In this document: positions 36,420 to 44,930 of the stretch, in pieces
Layout of the letters: each line of letters starts with the position of its first letter
Position numbering within the stretch: position 1 is the first letter of the stretch
Assembly: GCA_031441465.1 (NCBI GenBank)
Contig: JANOEP010000066.1
Span: forward strand, 1-64,000
Direction: 5' to 3'
DNA from: a bacterium
Lineage (GTDB): Bacteria > Krumholzibacteriota > Krumholzibacteriia > LZORAL124-64-63
DNA length: 64,000 bases
Notes under the pieces: generated by a model
Databases searched by the model: none
Told to the model about the DNA's origin: nothing
Seen by the model: the letters and a program-made list of their open reading frames with translations, nothing else
Translations under genes and position numbers: made by a program

Positions 36420-36487
36420 TCGCTTATGGATGTGCCCGAAATCCGGGGTGTCCCGTCGCCCGCCACCTGTGAGAAAGCCGGTCGAGC

Positions 36488-38215
36488 ATGATGGCCCTTG
36501 CGCGCAACTTCGCCGCCCTGCGGCGCCCCCTGCTGGTCCTGGTCGCTTTCGTCTCCTTGGCCGCCGTGGCCGCGCCCGTGGCGCCCGCCGCCGCCCAGGA
36601 CTCCACGCGCACCCAGGAGCGCCCCCGCGGCACCGACCGCCAGCGCTACATCGAGGCCCTGCAGACCCTGGGCAACGTCTACGAGCGCGTGTTCTACAAC
36701 TACGTCGACGACGTCGACGCCGACGCGCTGCTCGAAGCCGGCATCAACGGCATGATGGGCTACCTCGACGAGCACTCGCAGTACCTGCCCCCGAAGAACT
36801 ACGAGGATCTCATGATGTCCACCGAGGGGGAGTTCGGCGGGCTGGGCATCACCATCAACATCCGCGACCACTACCCGACCGTCGTCTCGCCGATCGAGGG
36901 CACGCCCGCCTTCCTGATGGGCATCCAGGGCGGCGACCGCATCGTCGAGATCGAGGGCGAGTCCACCTTCGACTTCGACAGCGACGACGCCGTGAAGCTG
37001 CTGCGCGGCGAGCCGGGCACCCAGGTGACCATCACCATCCAGCGCGAGGGCACGGCCGCCCCGTTCCCGCTGACCATCACGCGCGCCGTGATCGTGGTCG
37101 AGAGCGTGCCCTACGCCTTCATGATGGGGGACATCGGCTACATCCGCGTCCAGAGCTTCGCCCGCACCACCGCCGACGAGATCCGCAGCAAGATCACCGA
37201 GCTGCGCAGCCAGGGCGCGCGCGGTCTCGTGCTGGACCTGCGCTGGAACCCGGGCGGCCTGCTGGAGTCCGCCAACGGCGTCAGCGAGCTGTTCCTGGAC
37301 CACAACGAGCTGATCGTCTACACCAAGGGGCGCCTGCGCAACCAGAACCGCAGCTACTACGCCGAGGAGGACCGCCACGCCGCCGCGGGGCTGCCGACGA
37401 TCGTCATGATCAACGGCGCCTCGGCTTCGGCCAGCGAGATCGTGGCCGCCGCGGTGCAGGACCATGACGCCGCGCTGGTCGTCGGCAAGACCAGCTTCGG
37501 CAAGGGTTCGGTCCAGACCGTCTTCCCCCTGAGCGAGGACAGCGCCCTGAAGCTCACCACGGCCAAGTACTACACGCCCAGCGGCCGCTCCATCCACAAG
37601 GACCGCCACGAGGACGACAGCGACCTCGACCTGACGCTGGAGCCCGCCCGCGCCGGCCCGCCCGACGTCGAACTCGACCTGCCGCGCGCCGAGAAGGAGA
37701 AGTTCGCCACCGACAGCGGGCGCGTCGTCTACGGCGGCGGCGGCATCACGCCGGACATCGAGGTCGAGCAGCCCTTCCTGGCCGACTTCGAGGTCGCGCT
37801 GGAGCGCGACGGCGCCCTGTTCAGCTTCGCCACCTGGTGGGCCGCCTACCACGACGTGCCGCGCGACCTGAAGGTCGACGCCCCCATGTTCGCGGCCTTC
37901 AAGGAGCACCTGCGCAAGCGCGAGAAGATCGAGGAGTATCTGGGCGTCTACGACCTGAAGCTCGACGAAGAGCTGCTGGCCGCCAACCGCGCCTACATCG
38001 AGCAGGGGATCCGGCGCGAGCTGATGCGCCACAAGTTCGGCCAGCTGGCCGCCTACCAGGTGGCCATCGAAGACGACATCCAGCTGAAGGAAGTCCTGAA
38101 GCTCTTCGAGCGGGCCCGCAACCTCGACGACCTGCTGCGCATCGCCCGCGAGTGGGAGTCTTCCCAGGTCGCGGAGTCGGGCGAGAAGGACGCCGCCGCC
38201 CCCGTCGTCCGCTGA
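36488..38215 (+). CDS. S41 carboxy-terminal processing protease (CtpA-like)
   Basis: Signal peptide, GEFGGLGI PDZ, DLRWNPGG, SASASEI, FGKGSVQ, YYTPSG. Confidence 0.95.
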   Translation: MMALARNFAALRRPLLVLVAFVSLAAVAAPVAPAAAQDSTRTQERPRGTDRQRYIEALQTLGNVYERVFYNYVDDVDADALLEAGINGMMGYLDEHSQYLPPKNYEDLMMSTEGEFGGLGITINIRDHYPTVVSPIEGTPAFLMGIQGGDRIVEIEGESTFDFDSDDAVKLLRGEPGTQVTITIQREGTAAPFPLTITRAVIVVESVPYAFMMGDIGYIRVQSFARTTADEIRSKITELRSQGARGLVLDLRWNPGGLLESANGVSELFLDHNELIVYTKGRLRNQNRSYYAEEDRHAAAGLPTIVMINGASASASEIVAAAVQDHDAALVVGKTSFGKGSVQTVFPLSEDSALKLTTAKYYTPSGRSIHKDRHEDDSDLDLTLEPARAGPPDVELDLPRAEKEKFATDSGRVVYGGGGITPDIEVEQPFLADFEVALERDGALFSFATWWAAYHDVPRDLKVDAPMFAAFKEHLRKREKIEEYLGVYDLKLDEELLAANRAYIEQGIRRELMRHKFGQLAAYQVAIEDDIQLKEVLKLFERARNLDDLLRIAREWESSQVAESGEKDAAAPVVR

Positions 38216-38221
38216 CGGGGA

Positions 38222-39421
38222 TCAGATCCGCGCGAACGCCTGCTCGAGGTCCGCGATGATGTCCTCGGGATCCTCGAGCCCCACCGACAGGCGGACCATC
38301 GCCGGGTCGATGCCCACCTTCAGCAGCTCCGCCTCCGAGTAGGTGCTGTGGGTCATCGTGGCGGGATGCTCGATCAGGGTGTCCACGTCCCCGAGGCTCA
38401 CCGCGAGGGTGCACAGCTCCACGCTGTTCATGACCGTGCGGCCGGCGTCGCGGCCGCCCGCGACCAGGAAGCTGACCAGGCCGCCGAAGCCGGACTGCTG
38501 CCGCTTCGCCAGCTCGTGCTGGGGGTGCGAGGGCAGGCCCGGGTAGATCACGCGCGTCACCTTGGGGTGCTTCTCCAGCCACTTCGCCACCGTCATCGCG
38601 TTCTCGCCGTGTTGGCGGACGCGCACGGCGAGGGTCTTCAGGCCGCGGATCAACAGCCAGGCGTTGAACGGGCTGATGCAGCCGCCGATGTCGCGCAGGG
38701 TCTCGAAGCGCGCGCGGGTGATGAACTCGGCCGATCCCACCAGGATGCCGGCGATCGCGTCGCCGTGACCCCCGATGTACTTGGTCGCGCTGTGCAGCAC
38801 GATGTCGGCGCCCATTTCCAGCGGCCGCTGCAGCACCGGGGTGCAGAACGTGTTGTCCACCAGCAGCGGGATGCCGTGCCGGCGGGCGATCGCGACCACC
38901 GCGGGCAGGTCGGTCAGGACCAGGGTGGGGTTGGCGGGCGTCTCGACGTAGATCAGCTTCGTGGCCGGGGTGATCGCACGCTCGTAGTTGGCGGGGTCGG
39001 TGGCGTCGACTTCCGCGACCGTGATGCCGAGGCGAGGCAGCGTGTGGGTGAACAGCTGGTGGGTGCCGCCGTAGAGGGTGTCGCCCGAGACGATGTGGTC
39101 CCCGCTGCCGCACAGGGTCAGCACGGCGGTGGTGCAGGCGGCCATGCCGCTGGCCAGGGCCAGGGCGGCCTCGCCGCCCTCCAGCGCCGCCAGGCGGCAC
39201 TCCAGCGCCTCCTGCGTGGGGTTGCCCAGCCGCGTGTACAGGAAACCGTCGTTTTCCCCGGCGAAGATGGCGGCGCCGTGCTCGGCGCTGTCGAAGGCGA
39301 AGGTCGAGGTCTGGACGATCGGGACCGAGACCGGTCGGGCCGTGCGCCAGCGCCCGTCCGAGACGTGGCCGTGGCCGTGGATGCAGCGCGTCTGGAAGCC
39401 GTAGCTCTTCTTTTCGGACAT
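38222..39421 (-). CDS. trans-sulfuration PLP enzyme (methionine gamma-lyase-like)
   Basis: YTRLGNPT, SGMAA, ETPANP, DNTF, HSATKYIGGHGD, AVSLG, RLSVGLE; ATG 39421. Confidence 0.92.
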   Translation of the reverse strand: MSEKKSYGFQTRCIHGHGHVSDGRWRTARPVSVPIVQTSTFAFDSAEHGAAIFAGENDGFLYTRLGNPTQEALECRLAALEGGEAALALASGMAACTTAVLTLCGSGDHIVSGDTLYGGTHQLFTHTLPRLGITVAEVDATDPANYERAITPATKLIYVETPANPTLVLTDLPAVVAIARRHGIPLLVDNTFCTPVLQRPLEMGADIVLHSATKYIGGHGDAIAGILVGSAEFITRARFETLRDIGGCISPFNAWLLIRGLKTLAVRVRQHGENAMTVAKWLEKHPKVTRVIYPGLPSHPQHELAKRQQSGFGGLVSFLVAGGRDAGRTVMNSVELCTLAVSLGDVDTLIEHPATMTHSTYSEAELLKVGIDPAMVRLSVGLEDPEDIIADLEQAFARI

Positions 39422-39554
39422 GGTCCCCCCGCCTTCGGGGCGGACGGGTGGGATTGCGCTTGCAATCTCCCGCCGCCCTGGAACAATGGGCCGGCGGCGG
39501 CGTACGATCCCGCCGTCGACGTCGGCAACGTCCCGCAGAATACCAGGATTCAAG

Positions 39555-40520
39555 ATGCAAGCCACCACGATCGCTGTCAAACCCGTCGCTGCGGCCATCG
39601 CCGTGCAGGACTTGACGTTCGCCTACGCGGCGACGCCCGTCCTGCAGGGGGTCAGCTTCAGCCTGGAGAAGCGGGCCGTGGGCCTGCTCGGCCCCAACGG
39701 CTCCGGCAAGACCACGCTGCTGCGGGCCCTGCTCGGCCACCTGCCGCTGAAGCGGGGCGCCGTCTCGGTGATGGGCTGCGACATGGCGCACGACGCCCGC
39801 GGCGCGCGCCGCCGCCTCGGCTGGATGCCTGAGCGCGGCGGCATCCTGCCCGGCATGAGCGGCGTCGCCATGGTGGCGTACCTGGGCGAACTCGGCGGCA
39901 TGCCGCCGACCGACGCCCTGCAGCGCGCCCACGAGGTCCTGAACTACGTCGGTCTCGCCGACGAGCGCTACCGGGAGGCCGACACCTACAGCCAGGGCAT
40001 GCGGCAGCGGTTGAAGCTGGCCCAGGCGTTGGTCCACGACCCCGACTGGCTGCTGCTGGACGAGCCGACCAGCGGCCTGGACCCGCGCGGCCGCGTCAGC
40101 ATGCTCGAACTCATGCGCGACCTGGCCGCGAACAAGGGTTTCGGGATCATCCTCTCGACCCACCTGCTGGCCGACGTGCGCGAGGTCTGCCAGGAGATCC
40201 TGGTTCTGCGCCAGGGCCGGCTGCTGAGCCACGGCCGCGTCGAGGTGGCGCCGCCGGGAGCGACGGCGCAGTTCCTGGTCGAAGGCTTCGGCGACGAACC
40301 CGTCTTCCTCGCTGCGCTGGAGGCCGCCGGGCTCACGGCCACGCGCCGCGAGCGGCTCCTGGAAATCACCGCCCCGGCCGACGCCGGCGCCCGGCTGGTG
40401 CTCGCGGCCGCGTCGGCCAGCGGCTTCGCCCTGCGCCGGCTGCAGCCGCGCCGCGAGACACTCGAGGACCTGTTCTACCAGCTCGTCGACGACGCCGGCG
40501 ACGCGCGCAGCAAGGACTGA
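39555..40520 (+). CDS. ABC transporter ATP-binding protein
   Basis: GPNGSGKT, YSQGMRQR, LLDEPTSGLD, H-loop. Confidence 0.93.
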   Translation: MQATTIAVKPVAAAIAVQDLTFAYAATPVLQGVSFSLEKRAVGLLGPNGSGKTTLLRALLGHLPLKRGAVSVMGCDMAHDARGARRRLGWMPERGGILPGMSGVAMVAYLGELGGMPPTDALQRAHEVLNYVGLADERYREADTYSQGMRQRLKLAQALVHDPDWLLLDEPTSGLDPRGRVSMLELMRDLAANKGFGIILSTHLLADVREVCQEILVLRQGRLLSHGRVEVAPPGATAQFLVEGFGDEPVFLAALEAAGLTATRRERLLEITAPADAGARLVLAAASASGFALRRLQPRRETLEDLFYQLVDDAGDARSKD

Positions 40521-40521
40521 C

Positions 40522-41373
40522 ATGCCCGTCTACGAACGCGGATACCGTCACTGGGAGCACAGCGGCCACCGGGCGCGCGCGCCCTGGTGGGCGATCGCCC
40601 GGCGCGGCATCGCCGAGCCGCTGAAGAGCCGCCGCCTGCTGTTCCTGCTGGCGGTCGCCTGGGTGCCGGCCATCGTCAAGGGCGGCATCCTCTACTTCAC
40701 CTTCCAGATGGGAGAGCTGTCGCGCCTGATCGGCGGCAAGTGGACCGACATCGGGCCGCGCGGCTTCCTGACCTACCTGGGGTGGCAGTCGCCGTTCGTG
40801 CTGATCCTGCTGGCGATCGTCGGCTCGGGCCTGATCAGCCGCGACCGCCGCGAGAACGGCCTCGCCCTGTACCTGTCGCGACCGTTGGGCGTGCGCGACT
40901 ACGTCCTGGGCAAGGGCGCGGTGGTCATGTTCTACTACTTCGCCGTGACGCTGCTGCCCGTCTGGGCGCTGTGCCTGTTCGGCTACCTGGTCACCAGCGG
41001 CGCGACCGGGCTGCAGATGCTCCTGCTGATCCCCCTGCAGGCCCTGGCCTATTGCCTCGTGACCGGCGCCGGTTTCACGCTGGTGCTGCTGGCCCTGTCC
41101 TCGGTCGGACAGCGCACGGTCTTCGTCGCCCTGTGGTGGGTGCTGCTGTACGCCGGCACCGACGGTCTCGCCAAGATCATGTCGCTGTTCAGCCCCGCCC
41201 TGGAGATCCTGAACTTCCCCGGCCAGTTCCTGAACGCGGGCATCGTCTTCTTCGGCGGCGAACCGCTCTGCGAAGTGCCGCCGGCGGCGAGCCTGCTGGT
41301 CGTGGTGGCTTACGCGCTCCTGGGCGCCTGGGTGCTGCGGCGCCGGATCAAGCCCGTGGAGGTGGTGGCGTGA
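40522..41373 (+). CDS. ABC-2 type permease
   Basis: ~6 TM, D.....LYLSRP....Y..GK motif. Confidence 0.88.
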   Translation: MPVYERGYRHWEHSGHRARAPWWAIARRGIAEPLKSRRLLFLLAVAWVPAIVKGGILYFTFQMGELSRLIGGKWTDIGPRGFLTYLGWQSPFVLILLAIVGSGLISRDRRENGLALYLSRPLGVRDYVLGKGAVVMFYYFAVTLLPVWALCLFGYLVTSGATGLQMLLLIPLQALAYCLVTGAGFTLVLLALSSVGQRTVFVALWWVLLYAGTDGLAKIMSLFSPALEILNFPGQFLNAGIVFFGGEPLCEVPPAASLLVVVAYALLGAWVLRRRIKPVEVVA

Positions 41374-42320
41374 ACGTCGCACCCACGACCGTCGCCCCCG
41401 CCGCCGTCCTGCGGGCGGAGAGGGTCAGCAAGTGGTTCGGCGAGGTCATCGCCGTCAACGACTGCACCCTCGCGCTGGGCCCCGGCGTGACCGGACTGCT
41501 GGGCCTCAACGGCGCCGGCAAGACGACCCTGTTCAAGATGCTGTCGGGCCTGATCACACCCAGCCAGGGCGAGGTGCTGATCCGCGGGCACCGCCTGCGC
41601 CGCGACGTGGGCCTGTTCCGCCACGTGGGCTTCTGCCCGGAGAGCGACGCGCTGTTCGACTGGCTGACCGGGCGCGAGTTCCTGATGCTCATGGTCCGGC
41701 TGATGGGGTACGACGGGACGGAAGTGGCCGCACGCTCCGAGCGCGCCCTGGAACTCGTGCACCTCGGCGACGCCGCCGACCGGCGGATCGGCGCCTACTC
41801 CAAGGGCATGCGCCAGAAGATCAAGATGGCCCAGGCCCTGGCCCACGATCCCGAGATCGTCTTCCTGGACGAGCCGCTCAACGGGATGGACCCCGTGTCG
41901 CGACGGGAAATCGTCGCGCTGGTGCAGCGGCTGGGCGACGAGGGGCGCTGCGTGGTGGTGTCGAGCCACATCCTGCCCGAGATCGAGACCATGACCCGCT
42001 CCATCGTGTTGATCCACCGCGGCAAGCTGATGGCCGAGGGCGACATCACCGAGATCCGCGACGCGATCCACGACCGCCCCACCATCGTGGCGCTCACGTC
42101 GACCGAGCCGCGGCGGCTGGCCTCGTCGCTGGCCGGGCGCGACCTGGTGCGCGGGGTCGAGATCGACGAGTTCGGCCGCGTCGTGGCGCGGACCGACCAT
42201 GCCGTGAACTTCTACCGCGAGCTGCCGGGCTGGCTGCTGGCGGAGTCCCTGCCCGTCGACGAGATCGAAACCCTCGACGACAACCTGCAGGCGGTCTTCG
42301 ACTATCTGGTGGGAGGGTGA
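41370..42320 (+). CDS. ABC transporter ATP-binding protein
   Basis: GLNGAGKT, YSKGMRQK, LDEPLNGMD, SSH; GTGA overlap with upstream stop. Confidence 0.93.
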   Translation: MNVAPTTVAPAAVLRAERVSKWFGEVIAVNDCTLALGPGVTGLLGLNGAGKTTLFKMLSGLITPSQGEVLIRGHRLRRDVGLFRHVGFCPESDALFDWLTGREFLMLMVRLMGYDGTEVAARSERALELVHLGDAADRRIGAYSKGMRQKIKMAQALAHDPEIVFLDEPLNGMDPVSRREIVALVQRLGDEGRCVVVSSHILPEIETMTRSIVLIHRGKLMAEGDITEIRDAIHDRPTIVALTSTEPRRLASSLAGRDLVRGVEIDEFGRVVARTDHAVNFYRELPGWLLAESLPVDEIETLDDNLQAVFDYLVGG

Positions 42321-42321
42321 G

Positions 42322-43215
42322 ATGAACGTCACCGCACCGTCCGCCGCCGCGGGCACCGTCGCCGCCGGGAGCGGCCAGGCCGGGAACGTCCAAGCCGGGA
42401 ACGACCGCCCGCTGGGCCTGGCGGTCTCGGCCTTCTGGATCGCCTTCTTCTCCTTCCGCGAGATGGTGCGCCGCCGGCGCATCCTATCGGTGGGGCTGCT
42501 GATGCTGCTGCCGGTCGTGCTGGCGGTGGCCTGGCGGGCCCTGGACCGCGACGGCGTGATCCCGCCGGAGCTGCTGCTGGCCAACCTCAGCGGCATGGTC
42601 TACATCCACTTCATGGTCGCGGTCGTCTCGTTGGCCTTCGGCCTGTCGGCCATCGGCGAGAGCGCCGACGAGGGCACGATCATCTACTACTGGACGCGGC
42701 CCCTGCGCCGCGAGGCCATCTACCTGGGGCGCCTGGTCGCGGCGCAGGCGGTGGCCGGGTTGCTGGTGGCGGGCTCGCTGGTCGCCTCCTTCCTGGTGAT
42801 GACCGTGGGCAACTTCGGGATCATCACCCTGGAATTCCTGAAGCTCTACGTCAGCGCCTGCCTGGTCATCCTCTACGGCGCGATCGTCTACACGGCCATC
42901 TTCGCCGCGATCGGCACCTGGCTGAAGAAACCCATGCTGCCGGCCATCCTGTTCGCGTTCGGCTGGGAATCCATCGGCGGCAACGCGCCGCTGCGACTGC
43001 AGGAACTGACGGTGGTCTTCCACCTGCGCAACCTGCTGCACAACACCGCGGCTTCGACCGGGGACATGCCCAACCTGCTGCAGGAGCTGAAGGTCATGCT
43101 CCTGCACGAGGTGCCGCCGTCCACGGGGCACTCCTTCCTGGTGCTGCTGGCGGTGGCGGTGGTCGCCTTCGCGCTGGGCTGCTGGCTGCTGCGCCGCAAG
43201 GAGATCTTCCGCTGA
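42322..43215 (+). CDS. ABC-2 type permease
   Basis: ~6 TM, E...GT..Y..TRP.RR motif. Confidence 0.88.
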   Translation: MNVTAPSAAAGTVAAGSGQAGNVQAGNDRPLGLAVSAFWIAFFSFREMVRRRRILSVGLLMLLPVVLAVAWRALDRDGVIPPELLLANLSGMVYIHFMVAVVSLAFGLSAIGESADEGTIIYYWTRPLRREAIYLGRLVAAQAVAGLLVAGSLVASFLVMTVGNFGIITLEFLKLYVSACLVILYGAIVYTAIFAAIGTWLKKPMLPAILFAFGWESIGGNAPLRLQELTVVFHLRNLLHNTAASTGDMPNLLQELKVMLLHEVPPSTGHSFLVLLAVAVVAFALGCWLLRRKEIFR

Positions 43216-43224
43216 GCGGTCCGT

Positions 43225-43253
43225 TTGACAGCGGTCGCGACCGGTGCTAGCGT
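43225..43253 (+). promoter_or_regulatory. sigma70-type promoter for the M16 peptidase pair
   Basis: TTGACA-N17-TAGCGT with extended -10 TG. Confidence 0.6.
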
Positions 43254-43380
43254 GCGGGGGGTTTTCCCGCCGAGATCCACCCGAAGCGACAGTGTAGAGG
43301 CCCGGCCCGGCCGGGCGAGTTCGAGGCTGCCCCGACGGCGCGCCAGCGTCCCGCCGCCGGGGTCAACAGTTGGAGGCGTC

Positions 43381-44892
43381 ATGTCCGTGATCCGCAAGAC
43401 TTTGGTCCTCGCCGCCGTCCTGGCCACCGCGCTGGGCGTCGTGGCGGCGTCGGCCGAGGGCTACCAGGACATCCAGGACCAGGTCCAGGAGTTCACCCTG
43501 CCCAACGGCATCCACTTCATCGTGCTCGAGCGGCACGACGTGCCGGTGTTCTCGTTCAACACCTTCGTCAACACCGGCAGCGCCCAGGAGGTCACGGGCA
43601 TCACGGGCATCGCCCACATCCTGGAGCACATGGCGTTCAAGGGGACCGCCGAGATCGGCACCACCGACGCCAAGAAGGAGGCGCTGGCGATGAAGGCCGA
43701 GGACGAGGCCTTCGCCGCGCTGAAGGTCGAACGCCTCAAGGGCGACCACGCCGACCCCGCGAAGCTGGCCGCTCTCGAACAGGCGTTCACCGACGCCAAG
43801 GACGCGGCCCGCGCCTTCGTCGTCAGCAACGAGTTCGGGCAAATCGTCGAGAACAACGGCGGCCGCGGCATGAACGCCGGCACCGGGACCGACGACACGA
43901 ACTACATGTACAGCCTCCCGAGCAACCGGTTGGAGCTGTGGGCCTATCTGGAGGGGACGCGCATGTCGCGGCCCGTGCTGCGCGAGTTCTACACCGAGAA
44001 GGACGGCCCGGTGACCGAGGAGCGCCGCATGCGCACCGAGAACAGCCCGATCGGCATGCTCATTGAGCAGTTCCAGAACCTGGCCTTCATGGCGCACCCG
44101 TACCACCATTCGACCATCGGCTGGATGACGGACCTGAACACGATCACGCGCCAGGACTGCGCCGACTTCTACAAGACCCACTACGTGGGCCGCAACATGA
44201 CCGTGGCCGTCGTCGGCGACATCCGCTTCGACGAGGTCAAGCGCCTGGCGGGCAAGTATTTCGCCGGCGTGTCGGCCGCCGTGCCGCCCGTGATCGAGAC
44301 CTTCGACGCGCCCCAGAAGGGCGAGCGCCGCATGGTGATCGAGGACGAGGCGCAGCCCTTCTACATCTGCGGCTACCACATCGGCAACTGGGCCCACGCC
44401 GACGCCGCCGTCTACGACGCCATCGCGGACATCCTCGGCCAGGGTCGCACCAGCCGCCTCTACGAGCGCCTGGTCAAGCAGGACAAGTCGGCGGTCCAGG
44501 CCTTCAGCTTCGCCGGCTACCCCGGCGACAAGTACCCGACCCTGCTGGCCGTCCTGGGCATGCCAGCCAAGGACGTCGCCGCGGAGCAGATCGAGATCGC
44601 GGTGTTCGAAGAGATCCAGAAGCTCATGGACGAGGGCGTGACGGCCGAGGAACTGGCGGGCGTGAAGCGCCGCGCCCGCGCCAACTTCGTCCGCTCGCTG
44701 GAGGGCAACATGGGCCTGGCCGCCCAGCTGTCCGACTACCAGGGCAAGCAGGGCGACTGGCGCCGGATGTTCACGCAGCTCGAGGCCATCGACGCGGTGA
44801 CCGTCGAGGATGTGCAGCGCGTCGCCCGCGAGATCTTCGTGCCCAACAACCGTACGGTCGCCTTCATCAAGACGGTCGAGGCCGCCAACTGA
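43381..44892 (+). CDS. secreted M16 (pitrilysin) zinc peptidase, catalytic subunit
   Basis: Signal peptide, GIAHILEHMAFKGT (HxxEH), EERR, HPY; ATG after GGAGG. Confidence 0.94.
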   Translation: MSVIRKTLVLAAVLATALGVVAASAEGYQDIQDQVQEFTLPNGIHFIVLERHDVPVFSFNTFVNTGSAQEVTGITGIAHILEHMAFKGTAEIGTTDAKKEALAMKAEDEAFAALKVERLKGDHADPAKLAALEQAFTDAKDAARAFVVSNEFGQIVENNGGRGMNAGTGTDDTNYMYSLPSNRLELWAYLEGTRMSRPVLREFYTEKDGPVTEERRMRTENSPIGMLIEQFQNLAFMAHPYHHSTIGWMTDLNTITRQDCADFYKTHYVGRNMTVAVVGDIRFDEVKRLAGKYFAGVSAAVPPVIETFDAPQKGERRMVIEDEAQPFYICGYHIGNWAHADAAVYDAIADILGQGRTSRLYERLVKQDKSAVQAFSFAGYPGDKYPTLLAVLGMPAKDVAAEQIEIAVFEEIQKLMDEGVTAEELAGVKRRARANFVRSLEGNMGLAAQLSDYQGKQGDWRRMFTQLEAIDAVTVEDVQRVAREIFVPNNRTVAFIKTVEAAN

Positions 44893-44930
44893 CGCGTATC
44901 CCGCGTCGCGCCGAGGAAAGGAGACAGGTC

